Shown: in pieces, positions 57,390 to 64,000 of the stretch
How positions within the stretch are numbered: the first letter of the stretch is position 1
How the letters are laid out: every line of letters starts with the position of its first letter
Origin: Burkholderiales bacterium
Lineage (GTDB): Bacteria > Pseudomonadota > Gammaproteobacteria > Burkholderiales > Eutrophovitaceae
NCBI GenBank assembly: GCA_035560005.1
Contig: DATMAN010000031.1
Span: forward strand, 1,656-65,655
Length of the DNA: 64,000 bases
Direction: 5' to 3'
The notes under the pieces: generated by a model
What the model was told of the DNA's origin: nothing
The model's database searches: none
Seen by the model: only the letters and a program-made list of their open reading frames with translations
Made by a program: the position numbers and the translations under genes

Positions 57390-58339
57390 GAACCCGAGCT
57401 CTTCTCGCGATACCACTGCGCCGCGCCGGCGTGCAACGGTACGCCGATGTCCCGGCCCATGCTCCGCACCGTGGCCCTTTTGAGCGCCCGCGCGATGGCG
57501 GCGAGATCGTCGCGGCGGGTGTAGAGGCCGTCGAGCACGGTGTAGACGATCTTCGCATCGAGATCGCAGCGCGCGATGAGGTGCGTGGCGTAGCCGATGG
57601 TGAGCACGTCCCGATCCTGCTTCGGATAGGTTCCGGCGGGGATGACCGTGCGCTCGTAGCCGGGATTCAGCGCCCGCATTCTCGCCAGACCGTCGTCCGG
57701 AATGTCGACCAGCCTCACGTCGCGCCCGCTGGCGAGATCCATGATGGCGGAAGCCGGAATCGAGGTCCCGAGCGTGAAGATGTCGGCATTGCCGTCCTTC
57801 ATCAGCGCCACCGAATCGGTGTACGAGCCGTAGTTCACGCCCGCCAGATCCCGATAGCTCATGCCGTAGGCCTGAAGCAGATGCGCGGTGATCGCTTCGG
57901 CGGTGTTGCCGCGCTGCTGCGCGGCCAGCACGCGCCCGCGAAAGTCGGCCGGACTTGCGATGCCGGAATCCGCCAGCGTGACTACCTGGAAGTACTGCGG
58001 GTACAGGGTGGCCACGTTGCAGACGTGCGTGGCCTTGTTCTGGAAGGGCGGCTGGCCGTTGATGGCGTCCAGCGTGGACACCGAGTTGGCGAAGGCCATC
58101 TGGGCGCGGTCGGTTTCCACCGCGAGCACGTTGGCGATGCCGCCACCGGGCAACACCTGCACGGACAGGCCGGGCATGCGCGCCTCCACGACGCTCTTCA
58201 ACGCGCCCGCCAGGGGGTACCACGCGCCGCCCTGTGGACCGCTCGCGAAGCGCAGCCGTTCCGAGGGCGCCGTGCAGCCTGCGGCCAGCGCACCCGCGAG
58301 CAGTGCGTGCGCCAGCCACGCGGCCAATCTGGACCTCAT
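57386..58339 (-). CDS. TAXI family TRAP transporter solute-binding subunit
   Basis: Start MRSRLAAWLAHALLAGALAAGC (AGGAG upstream), then FASGPQGGAWYPLAGAL...GGIANV...YGSYTDSVALMKDGNADIF. Confidence 0.88.
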   Translation of the reverse strand: MRSRLAAWLAHALLAGALAAGCTAPSERLRFASGPQGGAWYPLAGALKSVVEARMPGLSVQVLPGGGIANVLAVETDRAQMAFANSVSTLDAINGQPPFQNKATHVCNVATLYPQYFQVVTLADSGIASPADFRGRVLAAQQRGNTAEAITAHLLQAYGMSYRDLAGVNYGSYTDSVALMKDGNADIFTLGTSIPASAIMDLASGRDVRLVDIPDDGLARMRALNPGYERTVIPAGTYPKQDRDVLTIGYATHLIARCDLDAKIVYTVLDGLYTRRDDLAAIARALKRATVRSMGRDIGVPLHAGAAQWYREKSSGS

Positions 58340-58530
58340 CGGATTCTCCTGCCTCCCTCTATCCCGTCCGCGTCCGCCGCCTCGCACTCCCCGAACGCGC
58401 AGAGCGCATGATCACACATTCCCGCCAGCGTGACGGCGATGGCACGCCTCATCCTCCCGCTGACCCGAGAGGGGAAGTTGCACGCCGTCGATGCGCATGG
58501 CTTGCCGAGCACTGCGAGCGGCGAAATGTT

Positions 58531-58559
58531 TTGACGGGGCCGGGATATCCGTGTATAAA
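58531..58559 (+). promoter_or_regulatory. Consensus-like sigma70 promoter of the cold-shock gene
   Basis: TTGACG (58531-58536) - 17 nt - TATAAA (58554-58559). This predicts a 5' UTR of about 138 nt, typical of cspA-type genes. Confidence 0.6.
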
Positions 58560-58703
58560 GAGCGCGCAGGATTCTCCAAGCGCTGATTCAGCTGGTCCGT
58601 CGAAACTGCGTTCGCGGTACTCGTCAGATCTCCTCAATAATCTACTCTTGGCTGTCCCGCCAGCGGGCGAAAGCCCATTCATTCTCTTTCAGGAAGATCA
58701 GAC

Positions 58704-58907
58704 GTGGAAACAGGTACCGTAAAGTGGTTCAACGAGGCAAAAGGCTTCGGCTTCATTACTCCGGACAATGGCGGCAAAGATCTCTTTGCGCATTATTCGG
58801 CGATCCAGGGCAGCGGTTTCAAGTCGCTCAGGGAAAACCAGAAGGTGACCTACGACAAGACGACCGGCCCCAAAGGCGATCAAGCATCCAACATTCGGCC
58901 TGTGTAA
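58704..58907 (+). CDS. cspA: Cold-shock protein, CspA family
   Basis: GTG start with AGGAAG 8 nt upstream. [34 protein letters not shown] (RNP1/RNP2 motifs). Confidence 0.93.
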   Translation: METGTVKWFNEAKGFGFITPDNGGKDLFAHYSAIQGSGFKSLRENQKVTYDKTTGPKGDQASNIRPV

Positions 58908-58955
58908 GCAGGGCGAACGAAGGACCCAGGACTGAGGAATCAGGACTGGGCGAAG

Positions 58956-58987
58956 AAAGCCCGCCTCGCGCGGGCTTTTTTCTTTTC
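58956..58987 (+). terminator. Rho-independent terminator of the cold-shock gene
   Basis: AGCCCGC-ctcgc-GCGGGCT followed by TTTTTCTTTT. Confidence 0.8.
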
Positions 58988-59345
58988 AGAGTCGGCAGGC
59001 TGCGCGTACCCGAGGCTCAAGGCAAGGGGCAGACCGATCGCGGCCGTCGACTACGGAGATGTGCGGCGTTGCGCTCCCTCGAAGCATCGCGCGGGTGATG
59101 CGATCGCCCAGGCGCTGCAGCCCCTGTGCCTGATCGATGATCCAGGCGCCATCGGCTTTGACGCGATCGAGCACCGACTCCAGCGTCCCCACGACGCGCG
59201 GATGATCGGCCTGCGCAGTCTTGACCTCGAGAACGATTCGGCGATTGCCGCGTTCGATGAAACGGGCGGCGAGTTGGCGCAGGCGGCCGCAGCCAGGCGG
59301 CGAAACATGCCCTGCGACTTGGAAGGGTGGCTTCTGGATTGCAAG
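58986..59345 (-). other. Coding-like open frame without a canonical start (possible decayed or unusually initiated gene)
   Basis: Frame open from the TAA at 59346-59348 to the TGA at 58986: LAIQKPPFQVAGHVSPPGCGRLRQLAARFIERGNRRIVLEVKTAQADHPRVVGTLESVLDRVKADGAWIIDQAQGLQRLGDRI... The first ATG/GTG in frame is the GTG at 59192 (68 aa). Confidence 0.3.
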
Positions 59346-59369
59346 TTACTCCCGGGCTTTCCGGGGCGA

Positions 59370-59765
59370 TCAGTTCTGCGGCGGCGGGGGAGACGCAGGC
59401 GCGGGCGACGGCCGTCGGGTGGGGAACTGCGCCGAGGCGCGCCACATGTAGAAAGTGACGGCCTCGGATCTGGCCAGCACCTCGCCCTTTTCGTCGACCA
59501 GCAGCGCCTGCAGCGTGTGCGCGCCGCGGTCGATGCCCTCAAGATCGATGGTCGAGGCGTCGGTATCGGGGCCGACCGGCGAGCCGTCCAGCAGCAATCG
59601 GATGCGTCGGCGATCGCCGAGCGCGGCTTCCACCACCACCCTGACATTGCCCAGATTGTCGTGAACCGTCTGCTCGTGCTGCGGGCTCACGATGGCGATT
59701 TGCGCCGCGCCGGCCTTCGGCACGGCGAGCCAACAAACCGCCGCCATCAGGATGGCGGCGGACAT
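59370..59765 (-). CDS. Secreted hypothetical protein (Ig-like beta domain plus Pro-rich tail)
   Basis: Signal MSAAILMAAVCWLAVPKAGAAQ, then IAIVSPQHEQTVHDNLGNVRVVV...LLLDG...GAHTLQALLVDEKGEVL, with a PSPAPASPPPPQN tail. Confidence 0.65.
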   Translation of the reverse strand: MSAAILMAAVCWLAVPKAGAAQIAIVSPQHEQTVHDNLGNVRVVVEAALGDRRRIRLLLDGSPVGPDTDASTIDLEGIDRGAHTLQALLVDEKGEVLARSEAVTFYMWRASAQFPTRRPSPAPASPPPPQN

Positions 59766-59886
59766 ACGTGCTCCTGGACGGTCGCGGGTCATGAATGCTG
59801 GCCTCCGTCAACAGAGACCGCCAGGCGGCGTCTCGGGTTCGCGGGCCGGGCGCTCGGAAGGCTGCGGTGATCCGCCGATTGCTCGC

Positions 59887-60411
59887 TCACCAGACTCTGA
59901 CCTTGATCTGCGCTATGACGGCTCCGTCTACCCGGTCGTTGATGGTCGGGACCACGCTGAAATTGAAGCCGATGCGCCGACTCTCGATGGCCAGCAGCGG
60001 CAGCGGCGCGACGAACCAATCGCCGTCCCGCACTCGAGGATAGCCATCCAGCGCGGCGATGACGACGCCGGCCACGACCCGAGTCGTATCGCCGGCCTTC
60101 CAGTGCAGCGGCCGCCACTGGTAGGCGGCGTAGCGGGTCCTCTCCCGTTCACTGTTGATGAAGGTGCCGCCGATGAGTGCGTGGTTGCGGTGCAGCACGA
60201 TCTCGGCACCGAGGCCGATGTTGTCTTCGCGCAGATCCCGCGTGCGGTCGAAGTGCAGGGAGAAGAAACCCGGGTTGAGCCATATCCGGGGATAGGATTC
60301 ACCGGTTTTCGAATCAGCCAGCGACGGAGTCGGAGAGGCCAGGACGACGAGCACGAGGCACAGGCTCCCGAATGTGCTCGGCGTTGCCCGGACAATTCGT
60401 CTTGCATTCAT
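59887..60411 (-). CDS. Putative small outer-membrane beta-barrel protein
   Basis: Signal MNARRIVRATPSTFGSLCLVLVVLASPTPSLA, alternating-hydrophobic strands, and a C-terminal aromatic residue (KVRVW). A PagL-like fold is possible, but I did not see its catalytic motif. Confidence 0.55.
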   Translation of the reverse strand: MNARRIVRATPSTFGSLCLVLVVLASPTPSLADSKTGESYPRIWLNPGFFSLHFDRTRDLREDNIGLGAEIVLHRNHALIGGTFINSERERTRYAAYQWRPLHWKAGDTTRVVAGVVIAALDGYPRVRDGDWFVAPLPLLAIESRRIGFNFSVVPTINDRVDGAVIAQIKVRVW

Positions 60412-60543
60412 TCTTGTTGCACTCGTCTTGTTCTTGATTTCGGGCGACATGATCGGCCGGTCCCCACGAAGCAACCGCCCTGCAAAGCGGCCCGGCGGCA
60501 TTGTGCCGCAACTTCGCCTGTCCAGTCGAAGCCAAGGGATCTT

Positions 60544-61599
60544 CTACCCCTGATCCACGGCCTCCAACACCTGTCCGAAGAATGCGTTTGCGTGCTCCGG
60601 ATCGATCCAGCGAACCACCAGTACCATCCGGCGCTCGGGCTCGATCCAGGTGAAGTTGCCGCCTGCGCCGACGGCGAACCAGCTCGACTCCGGCACGCCG
60701 GGAAAAACGCGCCGCTGGTCATTGAGCCAGACGAGATATCCATAGAAAGGCGCGATCGGACACGGCGTTCGCATGCGCCCGATCCACTCCGACGAAACCA
60801 CCTGTCGGCCGTTCGCTCTACCGTCATCCAGCATCATCTGGCCGATCCGCGCCTGATCCAGGGCGCTGATCGACACGCCGCCACCCCAATGCGAGCCACC
60901 GGGTACCGACTGGACTTTGCGCCCCTTCACCTCGACCCAGGCGTGGTCGTAACCCTTCCAGCCCCAATCGTCGCTCGCGCCGATCGGTTGCATGATCGCT
61001 TCGCGAAAGACTTCGGGCAGCGGACGGCCGAAAAGGTGAAGCAGCGCCAGTGAAAGCTGGTTGATGCGAACGTCGTTGTACTCCCAGTAGGTTCCGGGTG
61101 CCTGAAGCGGGCGCGCGTCGCCTTTCCTTCCCCTTGCGGCGGTGACCTGAAACTGCACGAAGCGGTAGCGGTCGACGCGGTCCGGGATACCGAAGCACTC
61201 GCCTTCCCATTCGCTCGTCTGCTGCAGCAAGTGCGTCCAGGTCACCTGGGCATTGCGGCCGTGGTCGAAGCCGATGCCGCGAATGCGCGATCCGACGGGC
61301 TCGTCGGGATCGGGCAGCAGGCCTCGGTCAAAGGCCACGCCCGCCAGCAGCGCAAGATAGGTCTTCGCCACGCTGAACGTGAGATCGGCCCGGTGAGGCT
61401 CGCCCCAGGAGACAAGCGTCTTCCCGTGCAGCAAGACCGTTCCGGACACCGGGCCGCGCGCGTGCACCGGCCCGAGCAGGCGGTTCCACGGCGGCGGGTC
61501 CTCGTTGTGAATGCCCCAGCTGTCGGAAATGTCGCGCGACCAGGGAATCTCGTGGTTGGTCGCGAAGCGCACGGCTTGTTCGAGCTTGGTGTGTCGCAT
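60544..61599 (-). CDS. Serine hydrolase, beta-lactamase-related fold (no signal peptide seen)
   Basis: 351 aa. SxxK as FSVAKTY, and a YWEYND (YxN-like) motif. Confidence 0.7.
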   Translation of the reverse strand: MRHTKLEQAVRFATNHEIPWSRDISDSWGIHNEDPPPWNRLLGPVHARGPVSGTVLLHGKTLVSWGEPHRADLTFSVAKTYLALLAGVAFDRGLLPDPDEPVGSRIRGIGFDHGRNAQVTWTHLLQQTSEWEGECFGIPDRVDRYRFVQFQVTAARGRKGDARPLQAPGTYWEYNDVRINQLSLALLHLFGRPLPEVFREAIMQPIGASDDWGWKGYDHAWVEVKGRKVQSVPGGSHWGGGVSISALDQARIGQMMLDDGRANGRQVVSSEWIGRMRTPCPIAPFYGYLVWLNDQRRVFPGVPESSWFAVGAGGNFTWIEPERRMVLVVRWIDPEHANAFFGQVLEAVDQG

Positions 61600-61787
61600 G
61601 CCAGTCGATGCCGGACCGGGCCGGTCCAGCGCGGCATCTTAGCGCGCAGCACGAGATCCGGCTGGCCAACGATCACGCACGAGGCATGCCCGATCCCTTG
61701 TGCCGCCTGATCTGCTAATGTCTTGCAGCGAATCGCCTTGCCGCAGGCACGGCGGGAAGTCCATGACGTCCGTTTGGCCGCAACTGC

Positions 61788-62630
61788 ATGCCTGTCCTGA
61801 CCACCGACGATGGTGTGAATCTGTACTACGAAGAGACCGGCTCGGGGACTCCGATCGTCTTCGTGCACGAGTTCGCCGGCGACTGGCGCACCTGGGAGCC
61901 GCAGGTTCGCCACTTCTCGCGCCGCTACCACTGCATCGTCTATAACGCCCGCGGCTATCCGCCCTCCGATGTTCCCGCGGAGGTCGAACGCTATTCGCAG
62001 AGCCGCGCACGGGACGACATTCTGGCCGTGTTGAACGCGCTTCGCATCGAGCGGGCGCACATCGTCGGCAACTCGATGGGCGCCTTCGCGGCGCTGCACT
62101 TCGGAATGGCTTATTCGCCGCGTGCGGCTTCGCTCGTGGTCTGCGGCTGTGGCTACGGCGCGCATCCGTCGCAGTATGCGCAGTTTCAGGCGCAGTCCCG
62201 CGAGCTGGCGAGGACGATCCTCGACAAGGGCATGGCGCACGTGGCAGCGACCTACGGCCACGGCCCCTCGCGGTTGCAATTGAAGGTGAAGGACCCGCGC
62301 GGCTTCGAGGAATTCATCCGCAACTTCTCGGAACACTCGCCGCAAGGCTCCGCCAACACGATGCTTGGATACCAGGCGCGGCGACCTTCGCTCTACGACT
62401 TGACCGCGGAAATGGCGCGCGTGCGTGTGCCGGTGTTGATCGTGGCTGGCGACGAAGACGATCCGGTGCTCGAGCCATCACTCATGATGAAGCGCACCAT
62501 CCCCACCGCCGCGCTCGCCGTGCTGCCGAAAAGCGGGCACATGACCAACCTCGAAGAGCCTCAGCTATTCAACCACCTGCTGGAGGATTTCTTCCGCCAG
62601 GTCGAAAGCGGAAGATGGCAGTCCCGCTGA
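61788..62630 (+). CDS. Alpha/beta hydrolase fold protein
   Basis: PIVFVHEFAGD, nucleophile elbow GNSMGA, and C-terminal VLIVAGDEDDP...KSGHMTNLEEP. Confidence 0.88.
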   Translation: MPVLTTDDGVNLYYEETGSGTPIVFVHEFAGDWRTWEPQVRHFSRRYHCIVYNARGYPPSDVPAEVERYSQSRARDDILAVLNALRIERAHIVGNSMGAFAALHFGMAYSPRAASLVVCGCGYGAHPSQYAQFQAQSRELARTILDKGMAHVAATYGHGPSRLQLKVKDPRGFEEFIRNFSEHSPQGSANTMLGYQARRPSLYDLTAEMARVRVPVLIVAGDEDDPVLEPSLMMKRTIPTAALAVLPKSGHMTNLEEPQLFNHLLEDFFRQVESGRWQSR

Positions 62631-62650
62631 CGCGGGACTGAAGCTCTCAA

Positions 62651-62877
62651 AGCGGAGGACGCAGAGGACGCGGAGTATAGATAGGACTTACTATGTGAAC
62701 CACGGAAGACACGGTGGACACGGAGGAAGCCAAAAACAAGATTGGGTAACAACGGAAAACAGGAAGAACGCGCTAAGTTCTGGCGGGTGCAGACCGAATC
62801 GTCAGTTCTCAATCTCCAGGCAGTCCGCTGCTTTTTCTCTCGTTCTTCCTCCATGTCCTCCGTGCCCTCCGTGGTTC
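62651..62877. repeat. MITE-like inverted-repeat element in a low-GC spacer
   Basis: 33-nt terminal inverted repeats at 62697-62729 (GAACCACGGAAGACACGGTGGACACGGAGGAAG) and 62845-62877 (reverse complement GAACCACGGAGGGCACGGAGGACATGGAGGAAG), 29/33 identical, flanking a 115-bp core. Each arm is 3 tandem 9-mers, (A/C)CACGGNNG. A related GGAGGACGCAGAGGACGCGGAG stretch lies at 62654-62675. Confidence 0.65.
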
Positions 62878-62893
62878 AATGGTTCATCGTGAG

Positions 62894-64000
62894 ATGACGA
62901 CAGCGGACGCTCTCTCTCATTTGCGAGTGATCGACCTGACGCGCGTGCGCGCGGGTCCGACGTGCGTGAAGCAGTTCGCGGACTGGGGCGCGGACGTGAT
63001 CAAGGTCGAGATGCCGGACAGCGAGGACCTGCTGGGAGAACGCGAAGGTTCGGACTTCCACAACCTGCATCGCAACAAGCGCTCGCTCACGCTCAACCTC
63101 AAGGATCCGCGCGGCGTCGAGGTGCTCAAGCGCCTGGTGAGGACGGCCGACGTGCTGGTGGAAAACTTCCGGCCCGACGTCAAGCACAAGCTGGGCATCG
63201 ACTACGAAACGCTCGCGCACGAGAATCCGCGGCTGATCTATGCCAGCATCTCCGGGTTCGGTCAGGACGGGCCGTATCGCGATCGCGCGGGCTTCGACCA
63301 GATCGCACAAGGCATGGGGGGATTGATGTGGGTGACCGGGTTGCCGGGACAGGGCCCGGTGCGCGCCGGCATCCCGGTCGCGGACTTGAGCGCCGGGCTG
63401 TTCGCCGCCCTCGGCATCCTGATTGCGCTGGAAGAACGCAGCCGTTCCGGCAAGGGGCAATGGGTGCAGACTTCGCTGCTGTCGGCGATGGTGGCGATGA
63501 TGGATTTCCAGGCGGCGCGCTGGCTGGTCGAAGGCGAACTGCCGGACCAGGCGGGCAACGATCATCCGACGTCGATGCCCACCAGCGTCTATCCGACCGC
63601 GGACGGATTCGTAAACATCGCCGCGTCCGGCAATCCGATCTTCGCCCGCCTGTGCGAGGCGGTGGGTGATCCGGATCTTGCCCGGCACCCGGACTACGTG
63701 ACGGCCAGGCTGCGCTCGAAGAACCGTGTCGCGCTGAACGCCGCGATCGCCGCGCACACGCGCCGCTACGCCTCCGAGGCGCTGATCGATCTGCTGGCGA
63801 AGGCCGGGGTGCCCTGCGGGCCGATCTACAGGATGGACCAGGTCTTCGCCGATCCGCAGGTGCGGCATCTCGCGATGGCGGTGGCGGTGCCGAGGGCAGA
63901 TGGCGGCGAGCACATGGCTCTGGTCGGCCCGGCGTTCACGCTTTCGCGCACGCCGGCGCGCATGAAGCGCACGATCGGGTCAGCTGGAGAGCATAATGAG
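62894..64000 (+). CDS. CaiB/BaiF family (class III) CoA-transferase; 3' end beyond the window
   Basis: Not in the ORF track because no stop falls in the window. My translation: MTTADALSHLRVIDLTRVRAGPTCVKQFADWGADVIKVE...NLHRNKRSLTLNLK...ENFRPDV...GFDQIAQGMGG. An alternative ATG lies at 62879. Confidence 0.88.
   Translation, partial: MTTADALSHLRVIDLTRVRAGPTCVKQFADWGADVIKVEMPDSEDLLGEREGSDFHNLHRNKRSLTLNLKDPRGVEVLKRLVRTADVLVENFRPDVKHKLGIDYETLAHENPRLIYASISGFGQDGPYRDRAGFDQIAQGMGGLMWVTGLPGQGPVRAGIPVADLSAGLFAALGILIALEERSRSGKGQWVQTSLLSAMVAMMDFQAARWLVEGELPDQAGNDHPTSMPTSVYPTADGFVNIAASGNPIFARLCEAVGDPDLARHPDYVTARLRSKNRVALNAAIAAHTRRYASEALIDLLAKAGVPCGPIYRMDQVFADPQVRHLAMAVAVPRADGGEHMALVGPAFTLSRTPARMKRTIGSAGEHNE

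Noticed and set aside
57390-58319. Upstream 310 codons of the 931-aa ORF 55524..58319, which would suggest a giant fused TRAP protein
   Set aside because: This part lies out of frame over the TAXI solute-binding gene (57386-58339), which has clear family motifs. The permease begins at ATG 57389, overlapping the binding-protein stop (ATGA).
59270-59312. MFRRLAAAAC… reading (ATG ~59310, minus strand) looked like a lipoprotein signal
   Set aside because: Only 9 residues precede the Cys, which is too short for a lipoprotein signal peptide. The rest of that frame (SPPVSSNAAIAESFSRSRLRRP…) is not protein-like.
62651-62877. Possibility that the tandem 9-mers represent a CRISPR array or minisatellite
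   Set aside because: The units are 9 nt long, directly abutting with no spacers, only three per arm, and arranged as an inverted pair. No cas genes are in the window.
62695-62892. 65-aa ORF MNHGRHGGHGGSQ…PPCPPCPPWF
   Set aside because: The repetitive HGG and PPC peptides are simply the two arms of the inverted-repeat element translated. The region has low GC and no RBS.

Overview
High-GC (about two-thirds G+C by eye) chromosomal segment with Betaproteobacteria-like synteny: trxA-rho-rpmE, orn/M48 peptidase/rsgA, and fdxA-addB-addA. It is densely coding, at about 60 genes. Most are housekeeping or central metabolism (maeB, fumC, pgi, mgsA, rho, trxA, rpmE, orn, rsgA, hslO/hslR, cspA-like). 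There is also a sugar-acid catabolic cluster at the left edge, PHB-related genes (phasin, two thiolases, a PhaM-like protein), a TAXI-TRAP transporter and a rhombosortase/GlyGly-CTERM pair. I saw no rRNA, tRNA or CRISPR array. The most unusual locus is a tight minus-strand operon at 22.2-26.3 kb. It encodes a small 4-TM protein, one ORF fusing a di-iron fatty-acid-hydroxylase membrane domain to a GH3-type adenylating amido-synthetase, and an MLE-subgroup enolase-superfamily enzyme. I propose this makes a modified N-acyl amino acid or lipid. Other items worth a second look: an apparently co-transcribed patatin + NorQ/CbbQ AAA+ + NorD/CbbO VWA set with no visible client enzyme; a MITE-like inverted-repeat element and two possibly related low-GC palindromic spacers; two gene fossils (a 5'-truncated cyclase, an alpha/beta-hydrolase C-terminus); and several long unexplained intergenic regions. 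Many long ORFs in the supplied track are antisense or out-of-frame artefacts of high GC, and I rejected them. All family calls rest on motifs read by eye, with no database search.
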